Positions 19,344 through 29,796 of a stretch of 64,000 bases of DNA are shown here, piece by piece. This DNA comes from Candidatus Pacebacteria bacterium RIFOXYA1_FULL_38_18 (GTDB lineage Bacteria; Patescibacteriota; Microgenomatia; UBA1400; PJMF01): the NCBI GenBank assembly GCA_001787405.1, contig MFWV01000011.1:48857-112856 (forward strand). The letters are read 5' to 3'. The stretch's first letter is position 1, and each line of letters starts with the position of its first letter. The notes beneath the pieces were generated by a model. That model was not told where the DNA came from and did no database searches. It saw only the letters and a list, made by a program, of their open reading frames with translations. A program made the translations under genes and the position numbers.

Positions 19344-20141
19344 TTAAGAGTTTGATAAAGAGTCTCGCAATGTTTGCCAAAGAACTTGAGGAATGGCGGT
19401 AGCCAGATCACTAGTATTGAAATATGGTCCGACAGATTCATAAAGAAAATCGCCGGTTTTTTTATTAATATAACTACCAACGACACAGGCGGTGAGGGCG
19501 TCATGAGTGCAGTAGAGCGCGGCGACGAGGCCGGCCAAAACGTCGCCAGTGCCACCTTTGGTCATACCTACATTTCCACCCTCGATTTTTATTTCCACGC
19601 CGTCGCCGCGCACTACATCCACTTGTCCTTTAAGTAAAATCACGGCCTGAATTATTTGCTGATCAGTTAGTTTATCTTCAACGATCTTCATTTCTCTGGA
19701 GTGGGGCGTGATGATGTGATTTGATTTTAATAGTTGAGGTTGAATCATTTGCAGGGCACCGGCATCTAGCACCCATTTTTTGGCTGAGTATTTTTTTAAC
19801 AAAGTATTGGTTAATTGTTCAGTTTCTTCAGTTCTTTCCATACCTGGTCCAATCAAAATACAATCAGCTTCTTCGATATATTTTTCCAGCTCATCACGTG
19901 GTATCACAATACCATTCCAGAAATTACCCTTGGCCTCCTGAATGAGTTTATTATTACTGGGTATGGAAGAATAAAAAACCATGTCAACAAAGTGGGAAGC
20001 CACATCCAAACTCCATTTGCTGGCAGCATGAAATAGCTCTGATCCGCCGATAATCAATAATTTGCCATTTTGACCTTTATGAGAGCTTGTCATGGGCAAA
20101 TGAATGTTTTGTAAAAATGATGCGATGAAAGTAGGAATCAT
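19344..20141 (-). CDS. nnrD: NAD(P)H-hydrate dehydratase (stand-alone YjeF C-terminal domain)
   Basis: SHKGQNGKLLIIGGS, IGPGM, VLDAGAL, ITPHSRE, GGTGDVLAG. Confidence 0.93.
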   Translation of the reverse strand: MIPTFIASFLQNIHLPMTSSHKGQNGKLLIIGGSELFHAASKWSLDVASHFVDMVFYSSIPSNNKLIQEAKGNFWNGIVIPRDELEKYIEEADCILIGPGMERTEETEQLTNTLLKKYSAKKWVLDAGALQMIQPQLLKSNHIITPHSREMKIVEDKLTDQQIIQAVILLKGQVDVVRGDGVEIKIEGGNVGMTKGGTGDVLAGLVAALYCTHDALTACVVGSYINKKTGDFLYESVGPYFNTSDLATAIPQVLWQTLRDSLSNS

Positions 20142-20446
20142 TATGATTTTTTCTTTAAATCAGTTTCTTTTTCTGCTTTATATTCCAAAGTTTTTTGAAT
20201 TCTGGCCAATTGCATGGTGACCAATACCGCCAATAAAGTCATGACTGTGGCATAAATAAAAAGAGAAATTGCTCCGCTTTTTTCTCCCAATAGAGGATCA
20301 ATGTAAATGGTAACGGTATTTTTGATTGCTTCATTCCAAGCCAAAGCCACTACCAAACCAAAACCACTAGTTGCCAAGGTAATGATATTGGTGACGATTG
20401 CCAGGGGCATATCTTTGATAGATTCTGGGGTTTTGATTTTGGACAT
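20141..20446 (-). CDS. Small two-TM membrane protein (DUF5654-like)
   Basis: LATSGFGLVVALAWNEAI, FIYATVMTLLAV; start placed at MSKIK. Confidence 0.7.
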   Translation of the reverse strand: MSKIKTPESIKDMPLAIVTNIITLATSGFGLVVALAWNEAIKNTVTIYIDPLLGEKSGAISLFIYATVMTLLAVLVTMQLARIQKTLEYKAEKETDLKKKS

Positions 20447-20535
20447 GAAATTATTATACCAATTGGCTAGGAGCGGCAACGAAGTGAAAATATTCCTTGC
20501 ATATTTTGCAAAAATTCTTTTACAATACGGTCAAA

Positions 20536-21621
20536 ATGTATCAGCCTCAATTTCGAATTACCAATAACCTACTCACTTACATTTCCAACATTGAAGCCAG
20601 CAAGGCTGTGATCAACAATTCTCCACTAGTTCCTGCTTGGGAAGCCAAGTTTCGTGATGATGCTCTGACTCGCACCGTTCACTTTGGCACCAAAATAGAA
20701 GGCAATGATTTGACCAAAGATCAAGCGCAAAAGGTTATTCAGCTCAAAGGTGTTTCCAATAGCAAAGAGGCATCTGAAAAAACGGGAGTCACTGCTCGCG
20801 AGCGAGATATCCAAGAGGTAATTAATTATCGCAACGTTTTATTGTGGATTGATCAACAAAAAGCATTGGATCGCAAACCAGACATTTCATTGCAAACTTT
20901 GCACACCTTACATTCGCTGACCATGAAAGGTTTACTCGATGAAAAACTAGTTAGTCATTTTCGTCAAAAACAAGTTGTTGTGCAAGGAATAGGCAACAGC
21001 GAGGTGGTTTTCCGTCCCCCAGTTTCAGTGGAGGTGCCATTTTTGGTAGATGAATTATTTGCTTGGATTAATAGTCCAGAAGCCCAGCAATTTCATCCCG
21101 TTTTTCGAGCAGCTATTGTTCACTATCAATTAGTTTATATTCACCCTTATGTTGAGGGAAATGGTCGTACTGCCAGAGCCTTAGCCACACTGCTCATGTA
21201 TTTATTGGGTTATGATTTCAAACGCTTTTTCTCATTGGAACAATATTTTGATGGCGATGTGGATCGCTATTACAAGGCTCTTTTATCAGTTCAACAACAG
21301 AGTGGAGACACAACTTATTGGTTAGAATATTTTTGCTATGGTTTGGCAATAGAGATAGATAAAGTTAAATCACAAGTGCAAAAACTTTCCAAAGATCTCA
21401 AGATGAAAAAAGAACTAGGTCGACAAGTGGCTTTATCTGAGCGACAGATTATTTTGCTTGAGCTTCTTCAAAATCAAGGAGAAATTACTTCAGACGATGC
21501 TCAGGAAATTTTACCCAATATTTCAGTTGATACTATTTTGCGAGATATTCGTGATTTAATCCAAAAAGGAGTAGTGGCAAAACACGGAGTGACCAAAGGT
21601 GTGACTTATAAATTGGCTTAA
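20536..21621 (+). CDS. Fic-domain protein with N-terminal inhibitory motif and C-terminal winged HTH
   Basis: HPYVEGNGRTAR Fic motif; TKIEGN inhibitory-type motif; ISVDTILRDIRDL HTH; TTGCAT-18-TACAAT upstream. Confidence 0.92.
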   Translation: MYQPQFRITNNLLTYISNIEASKAVINNSPLVPAWEAKFRDDALTRTVHFGTKIEGNDLTKDQAQKVIQLKGVSNSKEASEKTGVTARERDIQEVINYRNVLLWIDQQKALDRKPDISLQTLHTLHSLTMKGLLDEKLVSHFRQKQVVVQGIGNSEVVFRPPVSVEVPFLVDELFAWINSPEAQQFHPVFRAAIVHYQLVYIHPYVEGNGRTARALATLLMYLLGYDFKRFFSLEQYFDGDVDRYYKALLSVQQQSGDTTYWLEYFCYGLAIEIDKVKSQVQKLSKDLKMKKELGRQVALSERQIILLELLQNQGEITSDDAQEILPNISVDTILRDIRDLIQKGVVAKHGVTKGVTYKLA

Positions 21622-21699
21622 AAATTAGCCTAAAAATGAATTTTAAAATAAAATGTTTCCTGAGTTTGAGCAAAATTCTGTTAAAGTAAAGGTAATCTT

Positions 21700-23493
21700 A
21701 TGACTTTTTTTACTTTTGCCCAGCATCTCAAAAAAATCGAGGCAGTTAGCGCTCGATTGGAAATTACTAGATTATTATCTCAATTATTTTCTGAGTTAAA
21801 AATCAAAGAAATTCCGCCGGCAATTTATTTATCACTTGGTCGATTGGTCCCGCAATATCAATCATTGGAATTTCAACTTTCAACCAAAATGATTCTTCGT
21901 GCATTAACCAAACATTTGGCTCACCACCCCGATATTTATGGAGCCAATGGATCAATGAGTAATTTGTTTAATGAAACAGATGAAAGTTTATATGAAGAGC
22001 GAGTAAATAAACTTTATAAACAAACTGGTGATATTGGTGAGACTACTGAACAGTTGTTAAGCTTGGGTGATAAAGAAGGCCTGAAGCCTGATTTACTAGA
22101 AGTTTATGAGCAATTGGTACAGATTGCCAAAGAGGGCGGAACCGGCTCTCAAGAGCGAAAAATAGCAGGACTAATTGATCTTTTTGAAAAACTAGATTCC
22201 AATTCTCTGCGTTTTATCGTGCGTATCATAGTGGGTAAATTGCGTTTGGGTTTTTCTACTATGACCGTGCTTGATGCTCTGTCATGGACTAAACACAATG
22301 ATAAGTCTGAGAGTGGCAAGCTTGAGGAATTATTTCAAAAAAAAGCTGACCTAGGATTATTAGCTCAAGTTTATTTGGATCCCCAACATAATTTAAAAGC
22401 AGTGCAAAAACTTTATCAAATTTCTGAGGGTATTCCAGTCATGCCGGCTTTATGTCAGCGACTCAATTCTGCCGAAGAAATTATTGCCAAAATGCCAAAA
22501 GTAATTGTTGAACCAAAATATGATGGTTTGCGCATTCAAATTCATTTGGGTAAAGACAAAAATAGTAAAAAATGGGTGCGTTCATTCACTCGTAATCTGG
22601 AAGAAACCTCTCAGATGTTTCCGGAATTAAATCAAGCTTTGACAAAACTGGATTGTGTTAGCTGTATTTTGGATGGGGAAGTGGTGGGAGTAGATAAAAA
22701 AACTGGCAAGATTGTTGCTTTTCAAGAAACATCTACGCGTCGTCGTAAACACGGCATAGCAGCAAAGGCTGAGGAATTGCCAGTGCGTTTTTATTTATTT
22801 GATGTATTAGAAAAAAATGGACAATCATTAATTGACACACCGCTTAGTGAGCGCAAAACAATCTTAAAACAAATCGTGAAAGCCGATACTGATGTTTTTA
22901 CCACTGCGCCTTTTATAGTCACTAGCGATCCCGAAGAATTACATGATTATCATACGAAACAATTGGCATTGGGATTGGAAGGAGCAGTAATCAAAAAACA
23001 TGACTCTGTTTATAAAAGTGGTCGCAAGGGCTGGCGTTGGGTGAAGATTAAAGAAGAAGAAGGCACTAGTGGCAAACTTAGTGACACACTGGACTGTATC
23101 GTGATGGGTTATTACGGTGGTCGGGGTAAGCGTGCGGCTTTTGGAGTGGGCGCTTTTTTAGTTGGTTTATTGGGTGATGATGGCAAAATTTATACACTGG
23201 CCAAGATTGGTACTGGACTCACTGATGAACAATTTAAAGAACTAAAAAAGCGCCTCAACAAACACGAGGTAAAGGTCAAACCCAAAGTTTATAAAGTACA
23301 TAAGAACCTAATTCCAGATGGCTGGATTGAACCATCTTTTGTGGTGGAAATTGCTGCTGATGAACTGACTCGTTCGCCAGTTCACTCGGCTGGTAAAGCC
23401 CTGCGCTTTCCTCGCTTAGTCAAGTTTAGAGACGACAAAACTTGGCAAGAAGCAACCACTCTCAAAGAAATGGAAACCATTAAAATTGGTTGA
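21700..23493 (+). CDS. lig: ATP-dependent DNA ligase (archaeal/eukaryal-like architecture)
   Basis: N-terminal DNA-binding domain, EPKYDGLR motif I, ILDGE, EGAVIK, WVKIK, LRFPR. Confidence 0.95.
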   Translation: MTFFTFAQHLKKIEAVSARLEITRLLSQLFSELKIKEIPPAIYLSLGRLVPQYQSLEFQLSTKMILRALTKHLAHHPDIYGANGSMSNLFNETDESLYEERVNKLYKQTGDIGETTEQLLSLGDKEGLKPDLLEVYEQLVQIAKEGGTGSQERKIAGLIDLFEKLDSNSLRFIVRIIVGKLRLGFSTMTVLDALSWTKHNDKSESGKLEELFQKKADLGLLAQVYLDPQHNLKAVQKLYQISEGIPVMPALCQRLNSAEEIIAKMPKVIVEPKYDGLRIQIHLGKDKNSKKWVRSFTRNLEETSQMFPELNQALTKLDCVSCILDGEVVGVDKKTGKIVAFQETSTRRRKHGIAAKAEELPVRFYLFDVLEKNGQSLIDTPLSERKTILKQIVKADTDVFTTAPFIVTSDPEELHDYHTKQLALGLEGAVIKKHDSVYKSGRKGWRWVKIKEEEGTSGKLSDTLDCIVMGYYGGRGKRAAFGVGAFLVGLLGDDGKIYTLAKIGTGLTDEQFKELKKRLNKHEVKVKPKVYKVHKNLIPDGWIEPSFVVEIAADELTRSPVHSAGKALRFPRLVKFRDDKTWQEATTLKEMETIKIG

Positions 23494-23582
23494 TTTGGCT
23501 GAAATTAATTGGTTGAGCCGATGAAAACCAATTTAGTTGCAATTAATTGGTTCGGCTGAAATTCATTGGCTACGAGACTAAA

Positions 23583-24449
23583 TTAAAACTGAAGCTCGCG
23601 CAAGTTTTGCAAAATTTTTCTGGCTCTTTGGCGTTGTTTCTCTGAAGCTTCTTCCAGGAGCTTACTCAATTTTTTGAAAGAAAAACTCTTGACTTGATCA
23701 TAATATTTGCCACCCTTCATCACGTAACCAAAGTCTTTATTGCTAAAATCTTTACCCTGTAAATAACGCAGATTCATTTGGGCAGCTATTTTGAAAAACT
23801 TTAGAGTGCCCTCTTTGTTCATTCTGCGCAATGAATAATAATAGACAGGTTTTTTGAAGAGAGAAAATGAATATCCTTGATTGACTAAATTTTGCACAAA
23901 AATAGTATCTTCATAAATTTTCTGTTTTTCATCAAATTGATAGGTTTTTAGCAATTTTGTTCGACAACCAATTAATGCTCCAAAAGCAGAGACTCTACCC
24001 AATAAATGGTAAAGCTCTAGACCGTAATTGATACCTTTTTGAGTGGCTTTTTTTAATAAATCTTTATTATTTTCTACTTTAACCAAACAAGTAAAAACAT
24101 CTGTTTCTGGATTTTGCTTAAGTTGTTTTTTTATTGTTTTTAAAAAATTTTTATCCAAACGATTGTCTGCATCCATAAAAATTACCCACTCACCTTTGGC
24201 CAATTTAGCACCAGAGTTGCGTTGATGAGCTACATTTCTTTTAGTTACTACTTTGATTTTCAAAGTTAATCGATCGGCAAATTGATCAGCCAGCTTCACT
24301 GTTTGATCTTCAGAATTTCCATCTACGTGAATGACTTCAAAATCGTCAAAAGTTTGACTAGCAAGATCTTTTAATAGCAAAGGAAGATATTTTTCTTCAT
24401 TTAAAGTGGGAATTACGATTGAAAAAAAAGGTGATTTTGATATGGTCAT
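23583..24449 (-). CDS. Glycosyltransferase family 2
   Basis: SIVIPTLNEEKYL, VDGNSEDQT, QRNSGA, FMDAD; start placed at MTISK. Confidence 0.9.
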   Translation of the reverse strand: MTISKSPFFSIVIPTLNEEKYLPLLLKDLASQTFDDFEVIHVDGNSEDQTVKLADQFADRLTLKIKVVTKRNVAHQRNSGAKLAKGEWVIFMDADNRLDKNFLKTIKKQLKQNPETDVFTCLVKVENNKDLLKKATQKGINYGLELYHLLGRVSAFGALIGCRTKLLKTYQFDEKQKIYEDTIFVQNLVNQGYSFSLFKKPVYYYSLRRMNKEGTLKFFKIAAQMNLRYLQGKDFSNKDFGYVMKGGKYYDQVKSFSFKKLSKLLEEASEKQRQRARKILQNLRELQF

Positions 24450-24494
24450 AATTTTCAGTTCGTATATTGTAAAGCACATTGCTAGAATACTTCT

Positions 24495-25022
24495 ATGAGA
24501 GCAATCATTGGTTTGGGTAATCCAGAGGATCAGCATCAGAAAACTCGACATAATGTTGGTTTTCGAGTAATTGATATTTTAGCCAATCAGCTTGATATTA
24601 CGCTGACAACTTCTCCCAAACTTTTTTCATTGGTTGGTAAAAATAATGATTGGTTGTTGGCCAAACCGCAAACTTACATGAATAATTCTGGCCAAGCAGT
24701 GCAAGCAATTTTGCATTTTTATAAACTCACTCCTTCAGATTTAATTGTTATTCATGATGATTTAGACATTCCTTTTGGTTTTTTTAAAATCCAAAAAGGA
24801 ACAGGACCCAAAGCTCACAATGGTTTGTTATCTATTTATGAAGCTTTGCATAGTAAAGATTTTATCCACGTTAGAATTGGTGTTGAGAGTAGAGAACAAG
24901 ATCGATCTATGCCTGGAAAAAACTATGTCTTATCATCTTTTACCGATGAAGAAGAGAACCGACTGCAAACAGTGATTGGCCAAGCGGTTCAAGAATTGCT
25001 ACCATTGTCCAAAGGTAATTAA
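24495..25022 (+). CDS. pth: Peptidyl-tRNA hydrolase
   Basis: GLGNP...TRHNVGF, KPQTYMNNSG, HDDLD, HNGL, RIGV. Confidence 0.97.
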   Translation: MRAIIGLGNPEDQHQKTRHNVGFRVIDILANQLDITLTTSPKLFSLVGKNNDWLLAKPQTYMNNSGQAVQAILHFYKLTPSDLIVIHDDLDIPFGFFKIQKGTGPKAHNGLLSIYEALHSKDFIHVRIGVESREQDRSMPGKNYVLSSFTDEEENRLQTVIGQAVQELLPLSKGN

Positions 25023-25054
25023 GTTAGTTGTAAGAATTAATTGCTCCAAATTAC

Positions 25055-26293
25055 ATGCCCGCCATCAATTTTGCCAACTCTCATCATTTTAATTGGCCAC
25101 GAATAGGAGTGGATAAATCAAGCAACATGCGCATTTTATTTGGTATTCGCATGTTGAGAGAGCTGGCAAATAAATTTGCCCTGTTTTTTTTACCAGTATT
25201 TTTATTTCAATTGGGTCAAAGCACTCAGTTTTTACATGCTCAAGGTTTGACTGAATTTCAGAGTGGAATCGTGCTCATGTCATTTTTTTTTGCTGGCTCC
25301 AGATTGTCGGTACTATTATTGGTTTTTCCGGTTGGAAAATTTATTCATAAATATGGTTTTACTGCTAGCTTGATTCTTTCTCATTTGCTATATGCAGTGA
25401 TGTTGGTATGTTTTCGTATCTCCTTGGATAATCTTAGTTGGTTGTGGTTGGGAATGGTGGCAGATGGAGTGAGCACCTTGTTGATGTGGAGTTCTTTTCA
25501 TACTATTTTTTCCAAAAATGCTCACAAATCCAGAATGGGTCGTGACTTAGGCTTTATGCAGGTTTTATTAAATTTGATCTGGATGATTGCTCCTGCTCTA
25601 AGCGGTATTGTGATTTTCTTGTTTGGTTACGAAATATTATTTTCTGTTGGTTTGGGAATAATTGGTTTGATTATCATCATTGCAACCTTTTTGAATGTGC
25701 CTCGTGAAAGAGATGAAGTTAGTTTGAAGGAATTATCGCTTTGGATTAATGAGCGCAGATTTATCAAGCTCGGCTTTTCCATCGCTGGTAAGACTTTATA
25801 CGATATTGGTATTTTTGTTTGGCCACTATATGTTTTCTTATTATTGGGTAACACCGAACGAGTAGGTATTTTGTATAGTCTTTCGTTTTTATTATCCATG
25901 ATTTTCAGTTTATTTATTGGTGCCAAACTAGATCATAAAGAACGTAAACGGCCATTTCTTATCTCTGGTGGTTTGCTATCAATTTTGTGGATCATTCGTT
26001 CGCAGATTTTTAATTTTTGGTCGATTGCCATCGTAGATTCTTTTGATAAATTAACGAGCAATTTTCATTGGTTATTTTTCGACAGAGTGCTTGTGAATAG
26101 AGGTAAAGGACGAGAAGCTTTTTCCTATTTCATCTACCGAGAGATAATTATTAGTTTAACGGCAATAGTTTTTTGGTCGGTTTTTGCTTTGACGTTTTTG
26201 ATTTGGCCATTGGAGTGGAAAGGATTGTTTGTTATGGCAGCAGTTGGCGTGTTAATGAGTTTGCTGATTAGCAAGAAACACGATCAAGTTTAA
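25055..26293 (+). CDS. MFS-type transporter
   Basis: About 12 hydrophobic segments in 412 aa, two-fold MFS-like layout. Confidence 0.75.
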   Translation: MPAINFANSHHFNWPRIGVDKSSNMRILFGIRMLRELANKFALFFLPVFLFQLGQSTQFLHAQGLTEFQSGIVLMSFFFAGSRLSVLLLVFPVGKFIHKYGFTASLILSHLLYAVMLVCFRISLDNLSWLWLGMVADGVSTLLMWSSFHTIFSKNAHKSRMGRDLGFMQVLLNLIWMIAPALSGIVIFLFGYEILFSVGLGIIGLIIIIATFLNVPRERDEVSLKELSLWINERRFIKLGFSIAGKTLYDIGIFVWPLYVFLLLGNTERVGILYSLSFLLSMIFSLFIGAKLDHKERKRPFLISGGLLSILWIIRSQIFNFWSIAIVDSFDKLTSNFHWLFFDRVLVNRGKGREAFSYFIYREIIISLTAIVFWSVFALTFLIWPLEWKGLFVMAAVGVLMSLLISKKHDQV

Positions 26294-26331
26294 TTTCTTT
26301 TTCATTGGCAATACCTGGTAAAATAAGGGCA

Positions 26332-26730
26332 GTGTCAACTGCAAAAACTCAATCAACTGTATCAAATCAGTCAGTCGGTCCATCAGATCGACCAAGTCAA
26401 CCAACTGCGCCTAATAAGCCAGTCGGTTTCCAGTCAGCCCAAGGCTTGTTTGCGAATTATAAATTGGAAGACAAGGGCGGTTATATTACTCGGGAATTTC
26501 AAGATTATGGTTATCGTTTGGCAATAGAATTGGGAGATTTGCCACACAAAAGTTTGTATATCAAAATGGCCAAACAAATAGAGCGAGGAATTTTGGAAAA
26601 AGCTCTTTCTTTTGTAGCAGATTCTCAAGCAGATAGTAAAGCCAGATTGTTTATGTGGAAGGTTAAACAACTAAGAGAAGAAGCCAAAACTAAAACCGAG
26701 ACTCAACTAAAAAACAAAAAAAAATCATGA
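26332..26730 (+). CDS. Hypothetical protein (disordered N-terminus, helical C-terminal domain)
   Basis: GTG start 7 nt after TAAAAT; EFQDYGYRLAIELGDLPHKSLYIK; ATGA overlap with next gene. Confidence 0.65.
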   Translation: MSTAKTQSTVSNQSVGPSDRPSQPTAPNKPVGFQSAQGLFANYKLEDKGGYITREFQDYGYRLAIELGDLPHKSLYIKMAKQIERGILEKALSFVADSQADSKARLFMWKVKQLREEAKTKTETQLKNKKKS

Positions 26731-27902
26731 AACATCGTTCTACAAAAATACTTATCCTCCTACTTTTAATTGGAGTAATTCTGTCTGGTTATAATTATTT
26801 TCAGCGACCATTTCTACAACGTTTTCTTCAATCAGAACAGACAACCGAGATTAAACGAGAGGTAGAAGTAGATCCCAGACAATTGATTTTAGAAAATCTT
26901 TCCACCAAAGAAAAAATTATGCAGACTATTGCTTTGCCAGTAATTTTGGGCGAAGCTACTCCTTCGGCTGATGCTCAGTTAGCTTGGATCGAGACTAATA
27001 ATCCCGGTTTTATTACGATTTTTGGCAATAATCTGACGGCAACGGAGGTTGCTAGTTTTACCAGTCAATTGAGTAAATTGGAAAGTCAGCAAAGACCACT
27101 GGTGGCAGTAGATCACGAAGGAGGAGCAGTGCAACGTTTGCGCGGACAAGGTTTTATAACTCTTTCCAGCTGGAGACAGAGCTGTCAAATGGACTCCGAT
27201 TCTAGAATTAAGATATTTAGTCAATCAGCCTCAGAACTCAATCAAGCTGGGGTTCAGATTGTTTTTGCTCCAGTAGTAGATGTTGCTCGTGCTAATTCTT
27301 TTTTGGGTAATAGAGCTTGCACTGATGCTGAAGAAATTGTAGCTACTACCAAAGATTATGTGACTAGTTTTGCTCAATACGGAATTTTATCAGTCATTAA
27401 GCATTTTCCAGGAATTGGTTCACTAACTAGTGATCCTCACAATCAACTAGATTCAGTTTCACTGGAATCGAGTGATACTTCAGTTTTTAATCAAGTTTTA
27501 AAGACTTTTCCCAATCTTGGTGTGATGACCACTCATGTAGCAGTAGAAAATAAAACATCAGGCTTACCTTGTAGTTTGAGTGCTTTATGTCTCAATTCTT
27601 TTTCAAGTAATTTTCCCCAAGTACTTATTTTCACTGATGCGTTGGAAATGGCTTCCGCTGGTTTTAGCTTGGAGGGCAACTCGGAAATTGAATCACCCAA
27701 ATCACTTTCCCAACGTGCTCAAGAAGCTCTAATTGCCGGTAACGATGTATTGGTTTTTGGGGAAACTATTGATATGGAAAAAATGATGATTCTAGTTGAT
27801 GAATTAGTTGACCGATATGAAAATGAAGAATCGCTTCGCGATAGAGTAGATGAGGTAGTGTTCAAGATTTTGACTCTTAAAACATCAGCAGAAAAATTAT
27901 AA
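26727..27902 (+). CDS. Glycoside hydrolase family 3 (NagZ-like beta-N-acetylhexosaminidase), N-terminally anchored
   Basis: VAVDHEGGAVQR, FAPVVDV, KHFPGIG...DPH, FTDALEM, AGNDVL. Confidence 0.88.
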   Translation: MKHRSTKILILLLLIGVILSGYNYFQRPFLQRFLQSEQTTEIKREVEVDPRQLILENLSTKEKIMQTIALPVILGEATPSADAQLAWIETNNPGFITIFGNNLTATEVASFTSQLSKLESQQRPLVAVDHEGGAVQRLRGQGFITLSSWRQSCQMDSDSRIKIFSQSASELNQAGVQIVFAPVVDVARANSFLGNRACTDAEEIVATTKDYVTSFAQYGILSVIKHFPGIGSLTSDPHNQLDSVSLESSDTSVFNQVLKTFPNLGVMTTHVAVENKTSGLPCSLSALCLNSFSSNFPQVLIFTDALEMASAGFSLEGNSEIESPKSLSQRAQEALIAGNDVLVFGETIDMEKMMILVDELVDRYENEESLRDRVDEVVFKILTLKTSAEKL

Positions 27903-28379
27903 ATGTTGACAAATAAATCCAATTCACAAGTATTGATCTTTAAAGCATTGGTAGTGTTGGCCTATTTAGCAATTTTCTTTTTTCTCATTCCTTGGGGTTG
28001 GCACGTACTCTGGTTTTCCATTGGAGTATTGTTTGGACTGGGATTTTTATTGGGTGACGAAAAGTTTTTTTTCAGTTGGTATCGCGAACAAGTCACTGAT
28101 CGATTTTTGGTTACGCGCTCACCTTTGTTTTTGTTGTCATTAATTCCTCTGACTATTTTTGTGATGACTTCATCAGGAAGTTTTTTGGCCAGTGGCATGA
28201 TGGGAAGTATAGTGCTTTATTTATTATTGGAAATGACGGAACTCAAACACGACTCGCTCGCGTTTGACCAGCGTTTTTTACAAGGTATTAGTGGTCAAGT
28301 TTCTACACAAGCAATTCAATTAATCTTACTTGGAGGTTGGTTATTTTTCTTTTTAGTTCATTTATTAATGATTTATTGA
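27903..28379 (+). CDS. Hypothetical multi-pass membrane protein
   Basis: About 5 hydrophobic segments; operonic spacing. Confidence 0.7.
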   Translation: MLTNKSNSQVLIFKALVVLAYLAIFFFLIPWGWHVLWFSIGVLFGLGFLLGDEKFFFSWYREQVTDRFLVTRSPLFLLSLIPLTIFVMTSSGSFLASGMMGSIVLYLLLEMTELKHDSLAFDQRFLQGISGQVSTQAIQLILLGGWLFFFLVHLLMIY

Positions 28380-28381
28380 AT

Positions 28382-28834
28382 ATGAAAAATAGAACCAAAG
28401 GACTTTTGGTTGCGGGTTTTTTGATAGCGGTTTTTTTATTGAGTCGATTTGCTGGTTTGACTAAATTTCAGCAGGTGAAATTACTGAATTTACCAGATCA
28501 TTCAATTATTGAGTTCCAAATTAGGGGAAAACGACTAATAGTAGAGGTAGTTAACACTCCAGAAAGTAGAAATAGAGGCTTGAGTGGACGAGAAAGATTG
28601 GAAACTGATGGTATGTTGTTTGTTTTTGATCGTCCCCAAATAATTGGTTTTTGGATGAAGGAAATGAAGTTTCCCATTGATATTATTTGGTTAAACAATA
28701 ATTCGATAGTTGGCTTGGAGCGCAATATTCAACCACCATCGCCTGATATTTTAGATGAACAACTAGAAAAATTTCTCTCTCCCCAGCCTGCTAATATGGT
28801 TCTGGAGACCAATCCTTTTTTGTTTGACGACTGA
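28382..28834 (+). CDS. DUF192 family protein
   Basis: VEVVNTPESRNRGLSGR, GMLFVF, FWMKEMKFPIDIIW, VLE. Confidence 0.9.
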   Translation: MKNRTKGLLVAGFLIAVFLLSRFAGLTKFQQVKLLNLPDHSIIEFQIRGKRLIVEVVNTPESRNRGLSGRERLETDGMLFVFDRPQIIGFWMKEMKFPIDIIWLNNNSIVGLERNIQPPSPDILDEQLEKFLSPQPANMVLETNPFLFDD

Positions 28835-28883
28835 GTTTGCTGCGGCTCTTTTTTATGCTTGAGAAAACCAGTATTATAAAGGA

Positions 28884-29780
28884 GTGACTGATACTGCCCA
28901 ATCCACTACTGGCTTGGTTCGTCGTTTAGTTAATGATCCCAATTCAACTATTGGAGCAATGATTAAACGAGGCTCTTTAGGAGTTTCTTCTGGAAGTCTG
29001 ATTAATGGGATTAGTCAGCCACTTGTGATGGTTAATAGCTCAAGCGATCAATCTACCGATCTTACGAAGAAAAAATCAACTAGAGAATTGGATTTTTTAG
29101 AGCAAGCTATTAATGAAGCAAAAACTGCAATGTCATCCATTCAATCAACTCAACCAATTAATTCTGATTTTCAGTCAACGCCCCAACCTACTCAGGCTCA
29201 AAACTCGGATGATTTTTCTTCAAATCCTCAACCCGCAAGAGCTCAGTCGTTAACCGATCAAACTCAAAACTCTCGGAATTCTTGGGCTTCAAAAACGCAA
29301 CCTTCAAACACAGTAGCAGAGGGAGTGATGTCTCAAGCCATGCCTCAAGCTATTAATCAAGCAATTGATGATGCCGGTCAACAACAAACGTCGGTGACTG
29401 GTAAAAAAGAGGCCATAGAAAATGTTGGTTTGGATCAAGTTGCCATTGATGCTGCTCGTGGGGCGCAGTTGGTGGAAACAGAACCACAACCAGAGATTCC
29501 ACCAGAAGTAGAAAGTTATTTAGAAAAAGTGGAGGAGCGCAAAGAAACTGCGCCCCAAGAAATAGTCATTGCCGATGGAACTCAAGCCTCACCAAACAAT
29601 CGTTCTTATCCAGCTCAACCCGTAGTGGTTTTACCCATTACTGCAGCAGAAGAAAAAGAAGGAATCAAAAAAAGCCCTAAATTTAGCATTCGTTGGTTGG
29701 TAGAATGGAGCAAGAAGCTAATGAAGATCTTTATGGGAAAAGTAATTTATAGACCAGTAGAGGAGAAGATAGACCAGTAG
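28884..29780 (+). CDS. Hypothetical protein, largely disordered, upstream of VirD4-like ATPase
   Basis: Q/S/P/T-rich middle; C-terminal VVLPIT...SIRWLVEW. Confidence 0.7.
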   Translation: MTDTAQSTTGLVRRLVNDPNSTIGAMIKRGSLGVSSGSLINGISQPLVMVNSSSDQSTDLTKKKSTRELDFLEQAINEAKTAMSSIQSTQPINSDFQSTPQPTQAQNSDDFSSNPQPARAQSLTDQTQNSRNSWASKTQPSNTVAEGVMSQAMPQAINQAIDDAGQQQTSVTGKKEAIENVGLDQVAIDAARGAQLVETEPQPEIPPEVESYLEKVEERKETAPQEIVIADGTQASPNNRSYPAQPVVVLPITAAEEKEGIKKSPKFSIRWLVEWSKKLMKIFMGKVIYRPVEEKIDQ

Positions 29781-29788
29781 AGGAGAAG
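29749..29788 (+). repeat. Perfect 20-bp tandem duplication at the gene junction
   Basis: ATAGACCAGTAGAGGAGAAG twice (29749-29768, 29769-29788). Confidence 0.95.
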
Positions 29789-29796
29789 AAAGTTTG

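Noticed and set aside
20536-23493. Fic + ATP-dependent ligase as a defence or toxin-antitoxin system
   Set aside because: Fic carries its own inhibitory motif; both genes are common stand-alone genes in this kind of genome; no further evidence of linkage
28833-28855. Possible terminator after the DUF192 gene
   Set aside because: Stem is short and relies on G-U pairs; too weak to call
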